Shown here piece after piece: positions 28,455 to 36,685 of a stretch of 64,000 nt of DNA. The stretch covers positions 21,788-85,787 of IMG/VR virus record IMGVR_UViG_3300010011_000004; one strand, given 5' to 3'. Source of the DNA: a virus. Lineage: Duplodnaviria; Caudoviricetes. The notes under the pieces were generated by a model. That model was given only the letters and a program-made list of their open reading frames with translations. It was not told where the DNA came from and searched no databases. Position 1 is the first letter of the stretch; each line of letters starts with the position of its first letter. Position numbers and translations under genes: made by a program.

Positions 28455-29288
28455 ATGGCTGCATTAGATGTAATCAACTTAATCAATGTTGTGCTTAGTA
28501 AATATTTACCAATAACAGATGATAGATCTGTTAAATTCGGTGGTGTACCCTATCCAAAAAATGGTTGGGCTATATTTACATGCGGTGGACCTGGCTCAGG
28601 AAAATCATATACTATAAATAAGCAATTGATGATCGATGCTAAAGTTCTCGACAGCGATCAAATAAAAATGTTATATATAAAATTGCTTAAAAAAATAATC
28701 AGCAGCCCAAAAGTAGATGAAGAAACTAAAAAGCAGTTACTCGAGCCATTCGGTGGAAAAATACCAGATCCTAAAAATCCTAATGATATGGATACTTTAC
28801 ATAAGTTTACTAGCTGGAAAAAACATTTATTCAGTAAATCTTTAAGCAGCTTTATAAAGAGTAGCGCTAAGAATTTACAAAATTTTATCATTGATACGAC
28901 AGGCAATAACATTAATGAGATAGCATTAAATGCTACAATGTTTAAAAATATGGGCTATAAAGTTGCTCTCGTTTGGGTTATAACTAATATCGATTTAGCG
29001 AGAATTAGAAATAGAACTCGAGATAGGGTTGTACCAGAAGATTATCTTGAGAATATACATCATAAGATTATCAGTACTATACCAGCTGCTATAAGAAACG
29101 GCTTACTGAATGTTTTAGACGAGATATGGATAGTATTTAGTAAAGACAGCGAAGAAAGAGAATTCAGAAGTAGGTTTAAAGATACAGCGTTCAAATTAGA
29201 AAAAGTCAATGGTAAATTTATATTAACAGATGATATGCTTCAAAAAATAACACAGCATACTGGAGTGAAAGATAACAGCCATGAATAA
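28455..29288 (+). CDS. P-loop kinase (zeta-toxin/AAA_33-like)
   Basis: GGPGSGKS, DSD, IIDTTG, RNRTRDRVVP. Confidence 0.75.
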   Translation: MAALDVINLINVVLSKYLPITDDRSVKFGGVPYPKNGWAIFTCGGPGSGKSYTINKQLMIDAKVLDSDQIKMLYIKLLKKIISSPKVDEETKKQLLEPFGGKIPDPKNPNDMDTLHKFTSWKKHLFSKSLSSFIKSSAKNLQNFIIDTTGNNINEIALNATMFKNMGYKVALVWVITNIDLARIRNRTRDRVVPEDYLENIHHKIISTIPAAIRNGLLNVLDEIWIVFSKDSEEREFRSRFKDTAFKLEKVNGKFILTDDMLQKITQHTGVKDNSHE

Positions 29289-30354
29289 ACCGATAGAAAG
29301 AAAATATAACATTTACAAAAAAGATAAAAGTAATAACACAAATAAAAACAACAACATTATAACTAAAGTGCCGAATAATCCAGTGATGCTGAGCAAAGAA
29401 GATATATTTAATAAAATAAAAAATCTAATTTTGTCGCAGAAAGCCAATGACAGTTATATAGCTGAAGTTATTAATAAGTTGAATAGTATGGGTATCAATA
29501 ATTTTGTGGTAAAGACGGGTAAACAAATACACATTAAAACTGATGAGAATAGAGTTAAATTGTTGCAGCGTTTGGCCGAGAGTTTTGGAGGAAAGTATAT
29601 CGATAAGCCAAGCGGCATATCATCAGCCGGGTATGTTGAATTAGATAACGGTATTAAGTTGGTGGCTAAACCTAACAAAACTCACAGTGCTGGAATACTA
29701 AACGAAAAAATATTGGTCGACCATATAAATAAGTTATGCGCCAAAGGACCGATTAATATACGATTTATAGGCGAAAATAAAACTTTTGAATGTATAGGAG
29801 TTAAAAACTGTAAAGCGACCGGTACAGATGTTACTAATAGACGCAAAGCTGATCTAGTATTGCAAGGAATTAAAGATTATCCTATATCACTAAAGAAAGA
29901 TAACGCTGAAATTTGGGAGTCGGCTGATCAGTTTGCCGGAGCAAAAGCTAAAAAAATAATAGACAAATTAGTCAAAGAAAATAAAGTTGAATTGGAACTG
30001 ACTGATAAAGGTGTTTATAAGATAAAACCAAATGTAGCTTTTTATCCTACAACTGAAGAGAAAAGAGATTTGGTATTTGGTAGCGACATATTACCTAATG
30101 GTGCTGTCATTGAAAAGACATTTAGCGGCGATGAAATATATACTATGAATGATGATAGTTGGTTCGAAATACCAGTTACGTATATAATTACCAGCCTAAA
30201 TGATGTTGAAGGTCATAGGGATGTCGTGTTTTTAATTCGTAATGATTCATCTAGAAATTCAAAACATATCGGATATCCAGGTTTAAGAGTATTAGCTGTT
30301 TTTGAAAAACGACTGAATAAAAACGTTTTGATATATAAAGGCGATGTTGATTAA
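29281..30354 (+). CDS. Putative PD-(D/E)xK restriction-endonuclease-like nuclease
   Basis: GILNEKILVDHIN...KADLVL...ISLKK pattern, as in type II REase-fold cores. Confidence 0.5.
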   Translation: MNKPIERKYNIYKKDKSNNTNKNNNIITKVPNNPVMLSKEDIFNKIKNLILSQKANDSYIAEVINKLNSMGINNFVVKTGKQIHIKTDENRVKLLQRLAESFGGKYIDKPSGISSAGYVELDNGIKLVAKPNKTHSAGILNEKILVDHINKLCAKGPINIRFIGENKTFECIGVKNCKATGTDVTNRRKADLVLQGIKDYPISLKKDNAEIWESADQFAGAKAKKIIDKLVKENKVELELTDKGVYKIKPNVAFYPTTEEKRDLVFGSDILPNGAVIEKTFSGDEIYTMNDDSWFEIPVTYIITSLNDVEGHRDVVFLIRNDSSRNSKHIGYPGLRVLAVFEKRLNKNVLIYKGDVD

Positions 30355-30437
30355 AGATTTTTAAAAACATATAAGTTATATATAAATAGATTTAGTTCCG
30401 GCGGTCGTTTCCGGAAAATATAAAGGAGGTCAATGAT

Positions 30438-30962
30438 GTGGAATATAGCATAGATGTATACGACATGGTGTTCCCTAAGTACGCTAAATTGCAGTTTAAA
30501 ATCAACAAAGCTGGCAATATGACTTTAACTGCAGCACCAGCCATTACACCTGGTAAATTACCAGATGGAGTAAAACCTGGGCAGATTCCTAAAGGAACTA
30601 AAATATTTGACTATGATTCACAAATCGTTATATCTTTGACGTTTCAGGACTGTCTGAAAATAATAGATATGGCTAAGTCGAAAAATGTAACGACTTCAGT
30701 TGAACTCTTTCGTAATAGCGATAAATACAATAAAAAAGTAACTTTATCATATTTTCCTGACGATCAAGATCCTACGAAAGTTAAATTCGCTACTTTCTGG
30801 TTTAACTCAACTAATGAAAGCGGAAAAGAAATTAATTTTAAGCTGCCACTGTCTATATCAAATTTAGAAGAAATAGCTGAGTTAATTAAATCTTACGTTA
30901 ATTGTTTTGCGATGATAAAATTGTTCTGTCAGCAACAACTACAGCAATCACAGGCAAAATAG
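30438..30962 (+). CDS. Hypothetical protein, possibly Whirly/PC4-like ssDNA-binding fold
   Basis: LTAAPA...FDYDSQIVISLTFQDCLKII is reminiscent of Whirly; RBS aaggagg. Confidence 0.4.
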   Translation: MEYSIDVYDMVFPKYAKLQFKINKAGNMTLTAAPAITPGKLPDGVKPGQIPKGTKIFDYDSQIVISLTFQDCLKIIDMAKSKNVTTSVELFRNSDKYNKKVTLSYFPDDQDPTKVKFATFWFNSTNESGKEINFKLPLSISNLEEIAELIKSYVNCFAMIKLFCQQQLQQSQAK

Positions 30963-31100
30963 ATAAAGGATTAGGTATTAAAAGGAGGTGGTTATGAGGG
31001 ATTGCCATATTATAGTATACCAGCTCATAAAAAATTAAGAGGTAATTTTTACTAGAAAATGAATAAAATGGAGTTATATCTAATTAAAATAGATAAACTC

Positions 31101-31130
31101 AAAGGGGAGATATAACTCCCCTTTATTTTT
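31101..31130 (+). terminator. Intrinsic terminator
   Basis: ggggag-atataa-ctcccc followed by tttattttt. Confidence 0.75.
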
Positions 31131-31151
31131 ATAATAAAAATAATAAATATA

Positions 31152-31376
31152 TTGGAGGTTACAGTTATGAAAAAACTGGTTGCTTTTATTATTATAGGTT
31201 CAGCATTGGTTATAGCTGTACTTACATCGAATTTACCGATAATAGTTAGATTAGCTGGTTTAGCTGTCGTGGCTGGATTTGTATATGCTTTTATTAAACA
31301 CGGGCCTGGAAAAAAAGTTGGTGAAGAAATTAAAGAGGAATTGGATGACCTTAAAGATAAATTTGATAAAAAATAG
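31152..31376 (+). CDS. Small two-TM membrane protein
   Basis: Two hydrophobic segments and a charged C-tail. Confidence 0.6.
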   Translation: MEVTVMKKLVAFIIIGSALVIAVLTSNLPIIVRLAGLAVVAGFVYAFIKHGPGKKVGEEIKEELDDLKDKFDKK

Positions 31377-31405
31377 TGTACATATCAGCAACTATATGTT
31401 ATAAT
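31377..31405 (+). promoter_or_regulatory. sigmaA-like promoter TGTACA-N17-TATAAT
   Basis: tgtaca tatcagcaactatatgt tataat; drives the two-gene unit ending in the AcrIII-1-like gene. Confidence 0.65.
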
Positions 31406-31449
31406 ATAATTATAAGAAAAGCTAATAATGAAATGAGGAGGAAATTGAT

Positions 31450-32091
31450 ATGGATGGATTAAAATATTTGGAGCTAATTCATTTTCCTAATTATGAAATA
31501 GATGAGCCGTATGTCGTATTTCAACAAGGTGAGGTCATGTGTACTCGACCATTGTTTGCCAACAAATACGGTTTAGCTCTGTATAATGCTAATTTAGATA
31601 CCGTTAGAAGTATTCTTAAGGAACGATATGACATATGGCGCAAAGGATATTTTGTTGAACTTGAAAATTTGTTAGATAATGCTGGAATTACATATGAAGT
31701 TGTCGATGATTCATTCTTTGCTACTGAAGATGTTATATTAATCGATTTGTATAGGATCGAGCCGGATCAGGCTATTGTTAAGAGTCGCCGTTATGATGAA
31801 TTAGATCGCTATGCCAATGTTAAATTGTGGATTAAATCCGATTGGAGTAATATCAAAACTTGGAAAACTGTTGCCGTCATAGCTGATAGTAAAGTTGAAT
31901 TAGATAGATATAATATAATCTATGAAGTATATTCTGTCAATAATTATCCACCTGAATTGGAACAAGAATATTTATTGGTCATGACCGATGATGGTAAAAC
32001 TACAGCTAGATTTATAAATAAAAATGAGAAAGAATATAGATCAAATATCGTAAAATATGGTTATAGCAGCGTTAGTAATCTAATTGTGTAA
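31450..32091 (+). CDS. Hypothetical protein, 213 aa
   Basis: RBS gaggagg; first gene after the promoter. Confidence 0.7.
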   Translation: MDGLKYLELIHFPNYEIDEPYVVFQQGEVMCTRPLFANKYGLALYNANLDTVRSILKERYDIWRKGYFVELENLLDNAGITYEVVDDSFFATEDVILIDLYRIEPDQAIVKSRRYDELDRYANVKLWIKSDWSNIKTWKTVAVIADSKVELDRYNIIYEVYSVNNYPPELEQEYLLVMTDDGKTTARFINKNEKEYRSNIVKYGYSSVSNLIV

Positions 32092-32107
32092 AGGAGGAGT
32101 TGGCGAA

Positions 32108-32449
32108 ATGGCAGATATAGATAAGATGGGATTAATTCTGAACGCATTTAGTATTAATATGCTGAACAATTTTCCTTGTGCTGTTTTAATTGAGGATATA
32201 ACAGATTATATTCTTAAAGAAGATATTAAAGTTGTAATGAAGAAACTATTAGATTCTGGGTATAAGAGCTATGTCGGACACGCCGATCTGGCTAATTTAA
32301 TTGGTGTACCATTTAATCGTGAAAGCGTGACAATGGAAAAAGGTGATATAGCTATCGTTGTCCAATATCGTGGTGAAAGACTTCCGGAAGGAGCTACTGA
32401 GCTACCAGAAAATAGCGAACTTAGAATATATAAAGTGACTATAGAATAG
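32108..32449 (+). CDS. acrIII-1: AcrIII-1-like viral ring nuclease (DUF1874/STIV B116 family)
   Basis: LNAFSINML..FP, SYVGH (catalytic His), NR, GD, RLPEG match recalled SIRV1 gp29 motifs (NAFSINMLTKFP, SIGH, NR, RLEEG); ATG 32108. Confidence 0.82.
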   Translation: MADIDKMGLILNAFSINMLNNFPCAVLIEDITDYILKEDIKVVMKKLLDSGYKSYVGHADLANLIGVPFNRESVTMEKGDIAIVVQYRGERLPEGATELPENSELRIYKVTIE

Positions 32450-32464
32450 TTAACAAGCAATAAT

Positions 32465-32498
32465 AAAGGAGAGAAGATAGCTTCTCTCCTTTATTTTA
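32465..32498 (+). terminator. Intrinsic terminator
   Basis: aaaggagagaag-atag-cttctctccttt followed by a T-rich tail. Confidence 0.75.
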
Positions 32499-32511
32499 TA
32501 TATTATTACAA

Positions 32512-32715
32512 TTAGAGCGTTATAACTTCAATTTCTCCAGCTGCTGTATCTGCTACATACAGCTTACCGCTTTTATGGAACATACCTTTAGGAAATTTAA
32601 CTTTGCCGGCTTCTTTTCCATAACTAACTATTACATTACTAGTAGTCCATGCGTTGTTAAATTTAACGATATTAGAAGTTATAATACTCCATTTAATAAT
32701 ATACTGAGCATATAT
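32512..32715 (-). pseudogene. NHL-repeat-like fragment lacking a start codon
   Basis: Minus strand translates ...GKEAGKVKFPKGMFHKSGKLYVADTAAGEIEVITL*; an in-frame TAG lies upstream. Confidence 0.4.
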
Positions 32716-32862
32716 TTTAACCTACCTTTTTTAAACATTAATATACAAAAAATATTCTATTATCACTTTTGAGTTACCATTTTTTGATAATGCAATAGCA
32801 GTCAATAGCGGTCAATCAATAACACACAGTATTAAATTTAATTTTACATAAATTGTAGTGAT

Positions 32863-32894
32863 AAAAAAAGAGGGAGATTAATCTCCCTCTTTTC
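32863..32894 (-). terminator. Terminator after the major capsid gene
   Basis: agagggagat-ta-atctccctct flanked by A/T runs. Confidence 0.75.
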
Positions 32895-32910
32895 TTCTAT
32901 CATCTAATGT

Positions 32911-34035
32911 TTAGATCGTGCCAGTTATATTCAGAACTCCGTAGTAGTCAGGACGTAGTACGCCTAACCAGTAACGGGTTCTAGCCATAACTGAAGGCAT
33001 TCCTTCAGAGTAGTAAATCGGGTGCAGCTGCACAGGAACATAAGGTGCGTACACTGCTCCAGTATCTTCAGGCTTGCTTCCTTTGAATCCAAGCAGAATC
33101 TGGTTGTCAGGGCACAGTGGCGAAGTGTATACTTTATAAACTCCGCTCAATGTTCCGATGTTGACTGTTCCGACATCCATTTGATCAGTCGGATTACCAT
33201 TTCCGCTGAAATTCATCAAGCTCTGGAAGATAGTAGCTGTTACAGGGCTGCATACCAGGTAAGTCGCTCCGGATACATGCGTTGCCTGGTATATAGTATT
33301 GCTCAGTTTGTTGATCTTCGGCATGATCGTCTCATACCATTGGTTGATACCGCGTGTCCAAGTCATAGGCATCGTAGCATCCCATGTATCAGATGTAGTA
33401 GCTTTGCTGAACAGCAAGTCGATGACTTCACTATCTATTTCTGTCGCGATGGTTGTCGTCAGATAATCGACCATTCTATCTTCAAAGTTTTCGCCGAATT
33501 CATTCTTATAGTCTTCCATAAGTTCGAAGCTGTAAGTAGCTCCAAGCTTACGGGTCTTAGCTTCGACAGCTACTTTGGTAATCTCAAATCTCATTGTGTT
33601 GTAGGTTTTACTAGTTCCAAACGGTATATTCTTCTCTATGTCTTTCTTATAGCTGAATCTTAGCTGCTTTTCAATAGGGCTACCGTTCAATTCTGTGACT
33701 GTGACAACGAAGTCTAAAGTTTTAGGATTTACAACACCGACGACTCTATAAGCACTAGTCAAAGAATTGACTACGCCATTCCTATCAACTTCGGCGATCT
33801 TAGTAAATGCCGTACCATTGGCTATTTCTATAAACAGAGTACCTTCAGAAGGTACGTTTGATAGAGTTCCAGTGAAGCTAGTAGCTGTATTTCCACTAGC
33901 ATTTGCTGCAGAGAGGATATCCTCTTCTACTGCGCTTTGAGGAGATGAATAAGCATTATCTCCTTCTTTCCAAGGATATATATTCTTAGTAGTTCCATTT
34001 ATACCTTCAACATAAGCATCCAGAAATCTGATCCA
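32911..34035 (-). CDS. Major capsid protein exon 2 (T4 gp23-like)
   Basis: AVEAKTRKLGATYSFELMED, IATEIDSEVI, LLGFKG, YAPYVP, TRY; spliced product 467 aa. Confidence 0.92.
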   Translation of the reverse strand, partial: WIRFLDAYVEGINGTTKNIYPWKEGDNAYSSPQSAVEEDILSAANASGNTATSFTGTLSNVPSEGTLFIEIANGTAFTKIAEVDRNGVVNSLTSAYRVVGVVNPKTLDFVVTVTELNGSPIEKQLRFSYKKDIEKNIPFGTSKTYNTMRFEITKVAVEAKTRKLGATYSFELMEDYKNEFGENFEDRMVDYLTTTIATEIDSEVIDLLFSKATTSDTWDATMPMTWTRGINQWYETIMPKINKLSNTIYQATHVSGATYLVCSPVTATIFQSLMNFSGNGNPTDQMDVGTVNIGTLSGVYKVYTSPLCPDNQILLGFKGSKPEDTGAVYAPYVPVQLHPIYYSEGMPSVMARTRYWLGVLRPDYYGVLNITGTI

Positions 34036-34317
34036 CACTTTATTCTATAGCTTTCGCTATAGAGTGGACTATATCTTCAGGTACTTTAAGTACCTGTCGG
34101 GCGCTCTAGGAAGTTTTATTGCCTGCGCTGGCTCAACTTCTAGTCTCTGAACCTTCTCCATACTTATTGCGCTTTCAGGAGCTTGGCTGCTGGTTATCCA
34201 TTGTTGCATCTCTCAATTTTTTAAACCATCAAGCCTGCCGTTTCCGGCTACTTTGTGGTATTGAGAGCTTTAGGAACTTCCAGCAATTCACCCGATTTTA
34301 TGCGAGCTAGATTAATA
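34036..34317 (-). mobile_element. Group I self-splicing intron (282 nt, no homing endonuclease) in the major capsid gene
   Basis: Core motifs AAUUGCUGGAA, CAGCAGCC, GUUCAGAGACUA, AAGAUAUAGUCC. P1 GCGGGU/GCUCGC with U.G at the splice site; P8 caggtac-ttaaa-gtacctg; P9 ctatagc-gaaa-gctatag; terminal G; splicing restores the frame. Confidence 0.92.
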
Positions 34318-34596
34318 ACCCGCAGGACCAGTTAATGGTTGTACAGAAAGAATTTGGTTAGCAATTAGACGAGGGAAAAGACGTCTGACCAATGGTATTA
34401 CTATCTTAGGCAGATAGACCATACTTTGCATTGTAGTATCAGCCAAAAGCGAGTTTCTGGTGTTAGCGAGAATTACCTTCATATTTTTATACAGTTGTTT
34501 ATCGTTAACTCCTGCAAGCAGTTGGCGTTCGACTTTAGGCCACACTCTTTCAGAAAGAAGAGCTGTATAATCTCTTTTATCCATTGTTTGTGTCAC
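34318..34596 (-). CDS. Major capsid protein exon 1 (93 codons)
   Basis: PLVRRLFPRLIANQILSVQPLTGPAG, a gp23-family N-terminal motif. Confidence 0.9.
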
Positions 34597-34630
34597 TCCT
34601 TGTTTATTATTAAAAGTTTAGATTATTTTT

Positions 34631-35713
34631 TTAATCTTCTTTAATACCTGCTATACGTAGGATTTCAGCACTCATTTCGTCAATTCCATCATATCGTCTG
34701 TCAGAAAGCAATGACGTATTACTGTTCTTTCCTGTCCTATTCAATACATTTCTTGGCTTGAGTTTAATATCGTCATCATTTTCATCAATGTTAATTTTAT
34801 TTTTGTATATATTTGCTAATATAGCTTTTTGTATTTTACCAATTTGCCTGGTTGCTTCTGCTATGACTTTTGGATTATCGGCATTGACTATAGTTGATAT
34901 GATTGCGGCGTATCTTTTGATAGCTTCTTTAGCCACATGTGGTGGTATATTTTTAGATTCAATTTTTTTATTTAGATCTTTAACGGCTTCAGACAACAAG
35001 GCATTAGCTTTCTTCAACTCAGATTCCATTTTCTTAGCCAACAAGTATTTAACACTTTGCTGCTGCAGATTCATCTTTTTGCTGGCTATAATAGAATCTT
35101 TTTCTTTAATCGTATCAACTAATTCTTTTACAGTATTTCTAGTTAAGTTCTCGCGAATCATTCCTAGCGCTAACTGTTTAGCCATTAGTCCATGCTCGAA
35201 TATTTCTTCAATTTTGTTTTTATATTTTTTTCTTAATGAACTCAATGACGCCTGAAATATTTCACTAGATTCATCTTCCGAAGAATCAGATTCATCTTCA
35301 GAAGAATCAAATTCATCCTCATCTTCAGATCCAAGTACTAATTCATTAAAAAATTCTTCTATAAGTCCCAAGACATTCGTAAGTTCAATTGAATCTAATA
35401 CTTCAGATTTTTCTTTACCATCTTTAGACATCTTAACATTATATTTATCATCATCTGTCTTTTCTATTTCAATATCAACTCCAAGAAAATTAAACTTTGG
35501 ATTTTCATCTACAGCCTTTTCTACCTCTTCCTCGATTTTGTCTTGTACGTCCTTCTCATCTTTCCCATCATTTTCGTTATTATTTTTATCGATTTCATCA
35601 GAATATATCAGATCATCGTCATCATACTTTTCATTTTCTTTTATTATTTTTTCGAAAGCTTCATCCACAGCTTTCTGCACAAGGCTTTTATCGATATTCA
35701 TAAATCTTCCCAC
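34631..35713 (-). CDS. Prohead scaffold/core protein (gp22-like)
   Basis: Acidic N-half and coiled coil; lies between protease and capsid genes. Confidence 0.6.
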   Translation of the reverse strand: MGRFMNIDKSLVQKAVDEAFEKIIKENEKYDDDDLIYSDEIDKNNNENDGKDEKDVQDKIEEEVEKAVDENPKFNFLGVDIEIEKTDDDKYNVKMSKDGKEKSEVLDSIELTNVLGLIEEFFNELVLGSEDEDEFDSSEDESDSSEDESSEIFQASLSSLRKKYKNKIEEIFEHGLMAKQLALGMIRENLTRNTVKELVDTIKEKDSIIASKKMNLQQQSVKYLLAKKMESELKKANALLSEAVKDLNKKIESKNIPPHVAKEAIKRYAAIISTIVNADNPKVIAEATRQIGKIQKAILANIYKNKINIDENDDDIKLKPRNVLNRTGKNSNTSLLSDRRYDGIDEMSAEILRIAGIKED

Positions 35714-35727
35714 CTTTATTTAATATC

Positions 35728-35973
35728 TTAATCTTTTAATGCCTCATTTATTAAATTCAGATTATTTTTCAATTCAGAGTTATTTTTATTTGTTTCTTCT
35801 ATCATTTTATTAAGAATGTTCATTTTACGATCTAGATCAGCTATTTCCATATCTTTGCTAGCTATCATGGTCGCGTATTTCATTTCAACGTCATTAAATT
35901 CTCTTTCAATATCTTTTTTATCAATTAAACTTAATGATTTCTTCATAAATTCATTTAAATTCATGTTATACAC
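35728..35973 (-). CDS. Hypothetical coiled-coil protein, 81 aa
   Basis: Sits in the head operon. Confidence 0.55.
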   Translation of the reverse strand: MYNMNLNEFMKKSLSLIDKKDIEREFNDVEMKYATMIASKDMEIADLDRKMNILNKMIEETNKNNSELKNNLNLINEALKD

Positions 35974-35985
35974 TCCTGAATTAAT

Positions 35986-36663
35986 TTAATTTTTAGTAGC
36001 TTTATAAATCTTTTTTACTGCAGCTATAATAGCTTCTGATAATAAATTTTTAAACTCTTCTTCGCTCATGATAATTTTTTTGTTTTTATAGTTATAATCT
36101 AGTTTATAAACAGAAGCCATTATCGATTTAACATACGCATCAGAATAAGCCGGATTATGTACGGCGTCATAAGTTATAAGAGTAAATTCATTAATTTTAT
36201 TTATTTCATCCATTCCATAACTGATATCTTGATCAGTAATAGCTCTTATAGAAACACCGGTTTTTATTCTGTCTTTTAATAGCGATGCCAATATTAAACC
36301 ATTAGGAGTATCTAATGTTTCAAATTTACCGACGACATAATTTCCATCCATTTCTAATTCAGTAATAAGATGTGATACATTTTTAAGCGAGATAGTAGCT
36401 ATTCTATTGACATCTTTAATGTTATCTGGATGGTCCAATTCTCCAAGAAGATGCCTGTTTTTTATACTTTCTTTAGCTTCGTTGATAGCCGCTGCTAACA
36501 CCCTTTTTGGAAAGATGTGGCCGTTAGCATTAGTATCGTCGCACTTTTGAAACACAGCTTCTGCTGTTACTTTATTGCAATTTTTAATATCAGAAGCTTC
36601 AATTATTTTATACTCTAACAAAGGATTAACGACTGATCTTATGAGATATTTATTTTTATACAT
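35986..36663 (-). CDS. Prohead protease (gp21-like)
   Basis: NANGHIFP, LGELDHP, SH, TPNG, GVSIRA, YDAVHNP. Confidence 0.9.
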   Translation of the reverse strand: MYKNKYLIRSVVNPLLEYKIIEASDIKNCNKVTAEAVFQKCDDTNANGHIFPKRVLAAAINEAKESIKNRHLLGELDHPDNIKDVNRIATISLKNVSHLITELEMDGNYVVGKFETLDTPNGLILASLLKDRIKTGVSIRAITDQDISYGMDEINKINEFTLITYDAVHNPAYSDAYVKSIMASVYKLDYNYKNKKIIMSEEEFKNLLSEAIIAAVKKIYKATKN

Positions 36664-36685
36664 AACGATTCACCTGCTCTAGATT

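Noticed and set aside
28455-29288. Zeta toxin of an epsilon-zeta TA pair
   Set aside because: No antitoxin-like upstream gene; the context is nucleotide metabolism, so only a generic kinase call is made.
30994-31038. 14-codon ORF after a strong aaggaggtgg RBS
   Set aside because: Too short to evaluate; could be a leader peptide or a remnant, with no supporting feature.
31152-31376. Holin
   Set aside because: Two TM segments fit, but it is not adjacent to the peptidase and sits among early accessory genes; evidence is insufficient.
32911-34038. GTG-started 375-aa ORF as a complete capsid protein
   Set aside because: The GTG is the last three bases of the intron, there is no RBS, and the conserved N-terminal capsid motifs are in exon 1.
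34119-34310. 63-aa ORF inside the group I intron as a homing endonuclease
   Set aside because: It is antisense to the intron, short, and has no LAGLIDADG, HNH or GIY-YIG motif; it overlays the ribozyme core.
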